Source: Sedimentisphaerales bacterium
GTDB lineage: Bacteria > Planctomycetota > Phycisphaerae > Sedimentisphaerales > SM23-30
Assembly (NCBI GenBank): GCA_963663965.2
Contig: CAXXFK010000028.1
Span: 256,001 to 320,000, forward strand
Direction: 5' to 3'
Length of the DNA stretch: 64,000 nt
Numbering within the stretch: position 1 is the stretch's first letter; every line of letters starts with the position of its first letter. A program made the position numbers and the translations under genes. Of this stretch, positions 29,703 through 37,898 are shown piece by piece. Under the pieces are notes generated by a model. That model was not told the DNA's origin and did no database searches. It saw only the letters and a list, made by a program, of their open reading frames with translations.

Positions 29703-29726
29703 ACGGGGCGGATCGCTCCGCCCCGT
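29703..29726 (-). other. GC-rich hairpin without U-tract (processing/stabilising stem) between ORF and tRNA
   Basis: ACGGGGCGGA-gcga-TCCGCCCCGT lies 6 nt upstream of the tRNA 5' end. Confidence 0.6.
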
Positions 29727-29731
29727 GGTGA

Positions 29732-30553
29732 TCAATCCAGAAACGCCACGTTTTCGGTCATTACTTCCCGGTTGCTTAAGACCCGGTGCCACGAGTCTAA
29801 CACAACCGTCTTATGATCCGAATGACGAATGGTTCCTTTTACCAGTACCTCCGGATTACGTCGCATCACGCGCCAGCGGTGATTTCTGGTTTCCGGAACG
29901 TTCATCATCAAATCGCGATATTCATCTTCACTGACCCCGTTAGGGCGCATCTGGCTGACATACACCGTCTCGCCGCCGGTACGCGTCAGATATTCCGCGA
30001 CATGCGGTTTACCGCCGCGCATCAGCGGTTCATTATGAAACACGGTCAATGCGTTGACGCGTACATCCTCAACCGGCACAAAGAACCATTCACCCTGACG
30101 GATAAAACCATCGTTGTGCCGTTTCTGCCAGTTCTTATGGCGAACCTTGCGCGCGTGCTGCGCGTCAATCACGCCGGCCGGCTTCAGCGATTCCTTCGCC
30201 TGCCAGACATTGGTGCAGCGCGAGTTGACTCCCGCCACAAACCAGTGGCGTTCGTCGTGGCCGCACAGAAATTTCTGCCAAGTGGTAGAAGTTTTGGCGC
30301 TGGCTCCAATATCGCGGCTATCCACCAGCAACACCAGGTGCCGGTCCTGCCGGTCCGTATGCAGAACCGTCAGTTTCAGGTCAGGCACGGCATAGCGGAA
30401 TTCAAATAGCTCGCCTTTGCGGTCCTGGCCGATATCGATCGCGTAGCGCCCGAATCGGCGGTATCGGGCCGGGCGTTCGCTCTGGTCGTCAAACCGGATA
30501 CGCGCGCCCATCCGTTCAAACTGGTTAACAATCGGTAAAGTATCCATAATCAA
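29732..30553 (-). CDS. Uncharacterised His/Arg-rich protein
   Basis: 273 aa with GAGGA RBS. Motifs FLCGHDERHWFVAG, RQGEWFFVP, GGKPH and KGTIRHSDHKTVVL..WHRV. Confidence 0.8.
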   Translation of the reverse strand: MIMDTLPIVNQFERMGARIRFDDQSERPARYRRFGRYAIDIGQDRKGELFEFRYAVPDLKLTVLHTDRQDRHLVLLVDSRDIGASAKTSTTWQKFLCGHDERHWFVAGVNSRCTNVWQAKESLKPAGVIDAQHARKVRHKNWQKRHNDGFIRQGEWFFVPVEDVRVNALTVFHNEPLMRGGKPHVAEYLTRTGGETVYVSQMRPNGVSEDEYRDLMMNVPETRNHRWRVMRRNPEVLVKGTIRHSDHKTVVLDSWHRVLSNREVMTENVAFLD

Positions 30554-30560
30554 TCTATCC

Positions 30561-30842
30561 TCAATGTTTGGGTTTCATCATTCTCGGAGGCATCGCCTGC
30601 TGCACCCAGTCGGTCGTCACCGTCACGCCCTGCGTTTCGGTCACTTCCAGGTCCAGGGGCCGCACCAGAATAATGTCGCAGTAGATGCCCAGGTAATTTT
30701 CCCTGATATACATTAAATAACGGCTTTCTGGCCGGCAGTAGAACGGAGCCGCGTTCATCTCATGAAAGTAGATACGCGTATAAACCGTCTCTGCCTGGTC
30801 CAGCTTTAATTGCTTGTTCATCATCATTTCCTTGTCAGTCAT
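30561..30842 (-). CDS. Hypothetical protein
   Basis: Roughly 86-93 aa ORF with an AAGGA RBS. Its stop lies in the RBS of the next gene. Confidence 0.55.
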   Translation of the reverse strand: MTDKEMMMNKQLKLDQAETVYTRIYFHEMNAAPFYCRPESRYLMYIRENYLGIYCDIILVRPLDLEVTETQGVTVTTDWVQQAMPPRMMKPKH

Positions 30843-31020
30843 TCATGTCGGGTCCTCGTTTGGAAGTTTTATTACGGTCTGTTCAACACGCAGCGATTAC
30901 GAATAAAATAGCCTGATCATAACAACACCTCGCTTCGGAGTTTTCTGCGCAGAGAATCCCCGCGCTCATTAGAAACAATTTCTTAAAGTCTATTTGGTTA
31001 CTCGAACTTCGGCGCCAACG

Positions 31021-31057
31021 AAAAAAGCCTTTCAGGATCGGCTCCTGAAAGGCTTTT
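31021..31057 (-). terminator. Attenuator terminator in the 5' leader of the tRNA-like/slipin operon
   Basis: Minus strand AAAAGCCTTTCAGGA-gccga-TCCTGAAAGGCTTTTTT. Confidence 0.85.
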
Positions 31058-31088
31058 AGATGATTTGAGAATTATCTAAACGGTCCTT

Positions 31089-31226
31089 CTATGGAGCGCC
31101 TCCCCGGCAGTTGATGCCGTAGTCGCCATTGAATATCATTGCCTCTGTTTGCGGCCGGCTGGATAACGTGCCGGTACAGAGAACGATATGGCGAATTTCA
31201 AATTGTCTTGGTTTTAAACGAATCAC
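31089..31226 (-). CDS. Putative leader peptide MIRLKPRQ...YGINCRGGAP (45 aa)
   Basis: GTG 5 nt after GAGG, between the promoter and the terminator. The stop-codon region GCTCCATAGAAGG is complementary to the terminator 5' arm CCTTTCAGGAGC. Confidence 0.6.
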   Translation of the reverse strand: MIRLKPRQFEIRHIVLCTGTLSSRPQTEAMIFNGDYGINCRGGAP

Positions 31227-31285
31227 ATTGGCCTCGCAATGATGCTGGGGGTTAAAGTTTTTAAAAGAACCTTTACGATACCTCA

Positions 31286-31314
31286 ACTATATCGTCACAA
31301 ACAAAACCTGTCAA
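31286..31314 (-). promoter_or_regulatory. sigma70 promoter of the tRNA-like/slipin operon
   Basis: TTGACA-17 nt-TATAGT on the minus strand. Confidence 0.75.
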
Positions 31315-31797
31315 TAGCAAAAAACAAAAAAAGAAAAATTATTTTCACTTTACGCATTATATCGAAAATAAATATATCGTGTCCACAGGTCCACAATAGT
31401 TATTGATAGAGATATAGCGCTACGGAATCCGATCAGGAGTATCATTCCGCTGTTACAACATGCCTGACAATATGGAAGAAGCGATTCTATCAATACCCCT
31501 CTTTTTATACTGCATTGGGATAAGTGTGTTAGTTTAAACCGGCCGACCGCAGGCTCCTTACGGTCCTTGAGGTATGACAATTATTTCAAATTCATGGCGG
31601 CCGGATGACATTTCTGTTTATTTATGATTAGCTTCCAACTCAAGCGAGAGCGTAAACACAATAAAAAGTGCTAGCCAATTCCTTGCTGCAAATAAAGTTA
31701 GAAGGACCCAGCCATATCTTTCGTCTGCTGGCATGAATTTTGTATTAGTAACTGGTAATGAACGATAACTGATCCATCAATATTCTGGAGACTCGAT

Positions 31798-32109
31798 ATG
31801 CCCGTTTCATACCGGCCCCTGGGCATGATTGCCGAAATGATCGAACAAATGGACCTGAAAGTAACCCATGCCTGGGAAGACCTCGTATTCATTTCTCATA
31901 ATGCCTTCCTGTTGAAAATGGGAGACCGGGGCGAACTGGTTTACCTCTATTTCAACCAGGAATCCGATCCCGGCCGGCGCGATGAGATTGCCGATCAACT
32001 CACCGCACTGGCCGCTGATCGGGGCCTGCAAGTGTTCAATAGCGGCGCCTACCTGATGAAGCCGCGCGACGATGAACAGATCGATATCCATTTCCACGAA
32101 TCCAGTTAG
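31798..32109 (+). CDS. Hypothetical protein
   Basis: 103 aa with GGAG RBS. Reads VTHAWEDLVFISHNAFLL...LYFN with coding-like codon usage. Confidence 0.65.
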   Translation: MPVSYRPLGMIAEMIEQMDLKVTHAWEDLVFISHNAFLLKMGDRGELVYLYFNQESDPGRRDEIADQLTALAADRGLQVFNSGAYLMKPRDDEQIDIHFHESS

Positions 32110-32290
32110 GGGCCGTCAATAAATAAATGCTGCAATTTGTCGCTCAGATTGTCGTCAGATTCAGTCGCGCCGATTGAACGAAACCGCAGGCATAGCGATG
32201 CTATGTCGAGGATTTCGCGATTGAGAAGCGGCTGAAGATGGCGGCAAGATGGAACGAGAATTGTAGTAGTTATTTATTTACGGTCCCTTA
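32107..32290. mobile_element. ~184-bp palindromic MITE-like element
   Basis: Termini TAGGGGCCGTCAATAAATAA / TTATTTATTTACGGTCCCTTA with nested arms. Core is CCGCAGGCA-TAGC-gat-GCTA-TGTCGAGGAT. The left end overlaps the upstream TAG stop. Confidence 0.75.
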
Positions 32291-32304
32291 AACCAGACTG
32301 CCTC

Positions 32305-32577
32305 ATGACCGAATTAACTCTCAATCAACTCATGGCTTACCTGACATCCCGGCGTATGGCCTCACTGGGCAATATCGCCTCCCATTTCGACCGTCCGGTT
32401 ACGGACCTGATTCCGCTGGTCCAGACACTCCAGGAACATCAGCGTTTGCGCGCCGCATCGTCGCGCTGCCAGAGCGATTGCAGCCAATGCGCCAGTTGCG
32501 GCCCGGAATCAGCGCCGGCTGTCCTGTCCGACCGGACAATTCTCATATCGTTAGAATCCAGCACTACTTGCGGCTAG
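32305..32577 (+). CDS. FeoC-like winged-helix protein with Cys cluster
   Basis: LNQLMAYL..RRMASL..IASHF...C-x3-C-x2-C-x2-C. Confidence 0.6.
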   Translation: MTELTLNQLMAYLTSRRMASLGNIASHFDRPVTDLIPLVQTLQEHQRLRAASSRCQSDCSQCASCGPESAPAVLSDRTILISLESSTTCG

Positions 32578-32783
32578 TAAGACTCATCCGGCAGCAACAG
32601 ACTGGGGGCATATCCAGGTAACCAGTGCCCATTTGGTCAGCCCTTATTATTTTTCATTGATCATCCCCATCTTTGCGGGTATCATATCCGGTCCTGATTT
32701 TATCCGGCTTCCAGAAAGTCTAAGGAATCCGGTTTTCCCAATGACCCGATATCGCCTCCGGCGACCAGATTCAGAGGATACCC

Positions 32784-34166
32784 ATGCTATCGATCGAAAA
32801 AATCGGCGGAACATCCATGACCCGTTTTCAGGATGTCCTGCGGAATATTGTTCTGCCCAAAAACGGCCAGGATCCCTACAACCGTATTTTTGTGGTCTCC
32901 GCTTACGGCGGCGTGACCAACTGGCTGCTGGAAAATAAAAAGACCAAGGCCCCCGGAGTTTACACCGATTTTATTGCAACCAACAATGCCAACAAACAAC
33001 TCGGCCAGCTGGAAAAGCGACTCCTGGAACTGAACAAAGAATTTGTGCCGATCGGGCTGAACCTGGCCCAGGCCGATGAGTTTATCGTTAAACGCATCCG
33101 CCAGGTCAAACGCTACCTGCACAACATCGCCGAAATTGTCGCCTCCGGCTATGTCGACAAGGCCGCCATCTATCTGCAGGCCCGCGAGATTCTCGCTTCC
33201 ATTGGCGAGTCGCATTCCGCCTTCAATTCGGCCAATATCGCCGCCCATCACGGCCTCAATACCACCTGTGTCGACCTGAGCGGTCTGCACGATCCCGAAT
33301 ACCTTACCATCGACCAGCGCATCGAAAAGGCCTTCGCCCATATCGACTGCTCAAAAACCATCCCCTTTGTGACCGGCTACACCAAGGGCACCGAAGGCAT
33401 CATGCGCCAATTCGACCGCGGCTACACCGAAGTCACCTTCGCCAAAATCGCCGCCCACCTCAAGGCCGATGAGGCAATTATCCATAAGGAATACCATTTC
33501 TGTTCGGCCGATCCCGGTATTGTCGGCGAACAGAACGCCCACCCCGTCTGTTATACCAACTACGATATCGCCGATCAGCTGGCCGATATCTGGATGGAGG
33601 CCGTGCATCCATCGGTATCCAAGATCCTCGAACAGGCCGGTATCAACCTGCGCGTCAAAAATGCCTTCGATCCCGAACACCCCGGCACTCTCATCTCCCG
33701 CACTTACAAAAGCGAATCGCCCCGCATCGAGATGATCTCCGGCGCCGATAATGTCCAGGTTATCGAAATTCACGACCCCCGCATGGTGGGCGCCGTCGGC
33801 TTCGACAAGGCCATTATGGATATCTTCGCCCGGCACAAGGTCAACTATATCCTCAAAGCCACCAACGCCAACAGTATCTCGGTCGTCGTGCGTAAATCCA
33901 GCGACCTTAGCCTGGTTAACGAATTGAAGGATAGCTTTTTCGAAGTTTCCCTGCAGGATGCCGCTATTGTCTGCGTACTGGGCACCAATATCTCCGGCTC
34001 GGGCATCCTGGCCCGCGCCGCGACCGCGCTGGCCCGTGAGCATATCAATATCAAATGTCTCTCGCTGTCCCTGCGCCAGGTCAATATCCAGTTTGTCATC
34101 GATCCGGAAAACTACCAGACCGCCATCAGGGCGCTCAATACCGAATTCTTCCCGCCGGCCGGTTAG
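32784..34166 (+). CDS. ask: Aspartate kinase, ectoine-associated (Ask_Ect) type
   Basis: EKIGGTSM, RIFVVSAYGGVTN.LLE.KK, FDRGYTEVTF, AIIHKEYH..SADP and YDIADQLA, with C-terminal ACT domains. Confidence 0.85.
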   Translation: MLSIEKIGGTSMTRFQDVLRNIVLPKNGQDPYNRIFVVSAYGGVTNWLLENKKTKAPGVYTDFIATNNANKQLGQLEKRLLELNKEFVPIGLNLAQADEFIVKRIRQVKRYLHNIAEIVASGYVDKAAIYLQAREILASIGESHSAFNSANIAAHHGLNTTCVDLSGLHDPEYLTIDQRIEKAFAHIDCSKTIPFVTGYTKGTEGIMRQFDRGYTEVTFAKIAAHLKADEAIIHKEYHFCSADPGIVGEQNAHPVCYTNYDIADQLADIWMEAVHPSVSKILEQAGINLRVKNAFDPEHPGTLISRTYKSESPRIEMISGADNVQVIEIHDPRMVGAVGFDKAIMDIFARHKVNYILKATNANSISVVVRKSSDLSLVNELKDSFFEVSLQDAAIVCVLGTNISGSGILARAATALAREHINIKCLSLSLRQVNIQFVIDPENYQTAIRALNTEFFPPAG

Positions 34167-34274
34167 CCCCGGTGGGTTGACGCCTGCATGCGTCCTATCC
34201 GCCGGATCAAACCATCCATGGATGGAATTGTGTATAGATATTATAGTACTGATTACCAGTAAATAGGTTCGAGC

Positions 34275-34706
34275 GTGTACTGGAAATATCTCTTATATAT
34301 CCTGCAGCATAAATGGTATGTCTGGCATGAATGCCTTAAGTCCCGCCAGTTTATCCACGGCCTGACTCATGACCTGTCTAAATTCCTCCCCTCTGAATTT
34401 TTCCCTTACGCCCGTTACTTTTACGGGCCATTCCCGCCCGGACCGGAACAAACCCGCGCGTTTCAACACGCCTGCACTCTCCATAAACGGCGCAACAAAC
34501 ACCACTGGGACTATTGGCTCACCGCCGAAGGCCAACCCGAACCCATGCCCGAAAAGTACCTCCGCCAAATGCTCGCCGACTGGCGCGCCATGAGCCGAAA
34601 ATTCGGCGGCTCGGTCCACGATACCTGGCTCAATAAAAAAGACACCATGACCCTGCACCCCCAGACGAGGGCAATGATTGAAGCCTTATTGAATGAGTCA
34701 TCATGA
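34275..34706 (+). CDS. DUF5662-like HD-superfamily protein
   Basis: HKWYV, HDLSKF, HKRRNKHHWDYW and MP...MLADW. Confidence 0.7.
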   Translation: MYWKYLLYILQHKWYVWHECLKSRQFIHGLTHDLSKFLPSEFFPYARYFYGPFPPGPEQTRAFQHACTLHKRRNKHHWDYWLTAEGQPEPMPEKYLRQMLADWRAMSRKFGGSVHDTWLNKKDTMTLHPQTRAMIEALLNESS

Positions 34707-34734
34707 ACGATTTGATGTTTGATATTAGATTGAA

Positions 34735-36276
34735 CTACGAAACCCACTCAAACCAATAAAACACATACGTTCTGAAAAGTGTCCGGTAAACCACCATGCG
34801 GTAACCTAAACCGCCCAGTATCCCAAACTGATAATCAAAATGCAGATGTCTGGCCTTGCCGCTCTCATCCATCATACACTTATCCGAGAATCCCAGGACC
34901 AGATATTTCGAAAAATCCCAGTATTGATCTTTGCTATCCAGGCTTTCATAGGGTATCAGATCCAGTTCTTCATAGACGCGGTTATCAACGGGAATGTCAT
35001 TATGATAACACAGCTTTATGTACCGGTTGAAAGCCATCGAATCATAAAATGGCCGATATCCCTTATTCAGAATCAATACCGGCTGATCGTCGATCAGTGA
35101 CCTGACCGAATACGCAACCGCCTGTTCCAGATCCCGGGTTCTGACCGGCAAAGGCGCCAACAACAGGATCAGCGCTCCGATGGTAACCGGTCGATAAAAC
35201 CGCTTTTTCTGCCTGAATGACCAGATCAGAAGACCAATTATAATGATAATGCCGAGTGCCAGCAGGACCGGAGTTCCCCAGGATTTCAACGAGTTACCGG
35301 ATTGTACATAACAGTGTATCCCAACCTCCGGATTATTTCTCATAATTGCCGGTAAATGATCGGTATAAGCGGCATCTTTAAGCGGATTGCCATACAAAAC
35401 CAGCACATCCAACTGTTTCAGGTGGGTTAAAGCCGAAATATCCTCAATCCGATTTCCGGCCAGTGACAGTTTCGTTAATCCAGTCAGCCCGGCCAGGGCC
35501 GAGATATCGGTTATTTCATTGTTATCCAGAAACAACCGCTTTAACTGGTTTAGATGGGCCAGGGGAGAGATGTCCTGGATCGCATTATAGCAAACTTCCA
35601 GTCTCTCAAGATTATCCAGATGGGTCAGCGGCGTCAGGTCCAGTTCCCGTTTTTCATGATGAGTAATGACCAGTTCTTCCAGTTGGCCCAGTGTGGAAAG
35701 AAAAGACAAGTCGTTAAGATCGCAGTTACAAATTTCAAGACAGGTTAGATTTTTCAGTTCAGCAATAGGAGCAAAATCGATATCCGGACTATTATTCAAG
35801 GTCAGTTGTCTGAGGTTGGGTAGTTTTTTCAGCGCTGATATATCCCGGATAGAATCCGTTTTTAATACCAGGTGTTTCAGCGTAGGCAATCCTGACAAGT
35901 CCGGCAGGATTTCCACTCGATTAGGCTCTGGTTTTTTTAAGATCATACCATAATCATAACCGTGAAATTCCAGTTTTCGCAGTTTAGCCAGTCGGGTCAA
36001 CGGCGTATAATTCAGCTTACGGACAGGCAGCGAAAGCTCCTCCAGGTTAATCGCCAGTTCGATTCCCGATAAATCCCTGACCGAATCATCCAGCCACAAA
36101 TCAGTTAAGCCAAGCAGGTCAGCCCGGGTAGGATTTTTAGTATTCAGATGCTGCCCGATAACGTATTTCAGCGATTCATCCGCAAACTGCGCCGGCTCCT
36201 CGGCAACTACAACCACGCAAGCCATGAGCCATACGCTTAGACAGTAATAGTTCAACAGATTCCTCATACAGTCCAA
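34735..36276 (-). CDS. Internalin-like leucine-rich-repeat membrane protein
   Basis: Repeated LxxLxLxxNxIxDISxL units, signal peptide and two TM segments. Confidence 0.85.
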   Translation of the reverse strand: MDCMRNLLNYYCLSVWLMACVVVVAEEPAQFADESLKYVIGQHLNTKNPTRADLLGLTDLWLDDSVRDLSGIELAINLEELSLPVRKLNYTPLTRLAKLRKLEFHGYDYGMILKKPEPNRVEILPDLSGLPTLKHLVLKTDSIRDISALKKLPNLRQLTLNNSPDIDFAPIAELKNLTCLEICNCDLNDLSFLSTLGQLEELVITHHEKRELDLTPLTHLDNLERLEVCYNAIQDISPLAHLNQLKRLFLDNNEITDISALAGLTGLTKLSLAGNRIEDISALTHLKQLDVLVLYGNPLKDAAYTDHLPAIMRNNPEVGIHCYVQSGNSLKSWGTPVLLALGIIIIIGLLIWSFRQKKRFYRPVTIGALILLLAPLPVRTRDLEQAVAYSVRSLIDDQPVLILNKGYRPFYDSMAFNRYIKLCYHNDIPVDNRVYEELDLIPYESLDSKDQYWDFSKYLVLGFSDKCMMDESGKARHLHFDYQFGILGGLGYRMVVYRTLFRTYVFYWFEWVS

Positions 36277-36442
36277 TTATACCGGCCAGTCCATTTTCAA
36301 AGTGAAAAATAATTACAGGAAAATCGAGTGTTTTCTTCACGATGGCTTTATCATTGACACCCGATCCCAATCGTGATAATTTCGAGCAATAACCAAATGT
36401 CAGTTTGTCGCTAATACCCGATATTCAGGAAGAAAAAAAGCC

Positions 36443-37861
36443 ATGTCCCGAACCTTCATCTTATCTATTGTAGTTCTCCTGCTGTTAAACACACTTGGAT
36501 TCTCCCGCCAGAATCGCGTCTCCATCAGCCCGCCCCCGGCCGATTTGAAAATCGATCCTTTTTATACGAAATATCTCGATTGCGATGGCATTACGATAAC
36601 CGGATCGGATCAAGTGGATGACCGGGCATTTTATCGTCTGCGTGATCTGCTCGACCACATCCTGGCCCACCGGCCGGATGTCAAAGCGGCCATGGCCCAA
36701 AAGGGATTCCGCTGCATGATCATCGCCGAAGAAGAACAGGTCACCGACCTGCCCGAATATGCCCATATGGAGCCCAAAGACTACTGGAACCAGCGAGCGC
36801 GAGGCTTCGGCGGGCGCACCACCAGTTGCGGCGAAGAAAACCTGCTCAACCTCCCCGGCGACCGTTATACCGGCGAGAGTATCTTCATTCATGAACTGGC
36901 CCACAGTATCCATTCACAAGGTTTACGAACCTGTGAGCCCGGTTTTCAGAACCGGCTCGATACTCTCTACCGACAGGCTATGGACAAAGGGCTTTATAAA
37001 GATGATTACGCCGCCACCAACGCCTCGGAATACTGGGCCGAGTCGGTCCAGGCCTTTTTCGATTGCGACCGGGAAAACGATCACGTTCATAACCATGTCA
37101 ATACCCGTGAAGAACTGATCGCCTATGATCCCGATATGGCTGCCTTGCTGACGGAGATGTTTCGAACCACCCCGGCCGACGATTGGCGCTATCGGCCATA
37201 CAGCCACAAACTGAAAGTCGAAGCAACCCCGGTAACCTATAATCCCGATGGCAAACTACCCCGCTATGTCTGGTATCTGGGCTTGCCCATCTACGCCACT
37301 GCCAAAGTCCCTGATGCCATACTGCTCAAAGCCGCCGAAACCATCCAGGAAATCTTCCAACACCGTTACGATCTCCTGAAGGATTTGAGAAATTCCGGCC
37401 AGATTATTGTAATTTACGATTCGGATACGCCCGTCAGCAGTTCGGATCATACCCGACTGTATATTCCACTGTCCACCCAATTCCCGGCCGGATACGATCA
37501 GGCCCGATTAGTCAGCAGTATCATAAGAACCACGTATCAGAATGCTATAACCTCAATCAAAAATTCAGACCAACCCACGCCTGCCGCATCCAGACCCCGC
37601 AGCAACCGCTGGCGCCTGGACAACCGGTTCGATCAGAAAGTCCAGTCGCTCTATCAGGCAGCCATGGCTAAAGACCTCTGGCAATCCACCCCGGCCGCCC
37701 AGAATCATATCGAATACCTTGCCCAGGCCGCCGTCCCATTCTTCCACGCCGGCACCATCACCACCGGCGATCAAAAAATAGCCACCCGCGACCAACTCAC
37801 CCGCTACGATCCCGCACTGGCCCAACTGCTTACCGAGCTTTTCCTGCCGGTACAACAGTAA
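36443..37861 (+). CDS. Secreted zinc metallopeptidase-like protein with duplicated domain
   Basis: HELAHSIH...YAATNASEYWAE in the N-terminal copy. The C-terminal copy is homologous but lacks HExxH. Confidence 0.7.
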   Translation: MSRTFILSIVVLLLLNTLGFSRQNRVSISPPPADLKIDPFYTKYLDCDGITITGSDQVDDRAFYRLRDLLDHILAHRPDVKAAMAQKGFRCMIIAEEEQVTDLPEYAHMEPKDYWNQRARGFGGRTTSCGEENLLNLPGDRYTGESIFIHELAHSIHSQGLRTCEPGFQNRLDTLYRQAMDKGLYKDDYAATNASEYWAESVQAFFDCDRENDHVHNHVNTREELIAYDPDMAALLTEMFRTTPADDWRYRPYSHKLKVEATPVTYNPDGKLPRYVWYLGLPIYATAKVPDAILLKAAETIQEIFQHRYDLLKDLRNSGQIIVIYDSDTPVSSSDHTRLYIPLSTQFPAGYDQARLVSSIIRTTYQNAITSIKNSDQPTPAASRPRSNRWRLDNRFDQKVQSLYQAAMAKDLWQSTPAAQNHIEYLAQAAVPFFHAGTITTGDQKIATRDQLTRYDPALAQLLTELFLPVQQ

Positions 37862-37898
37862 ACAGATATATCTGAATAGTGTTAAGCCATTACCTTAT

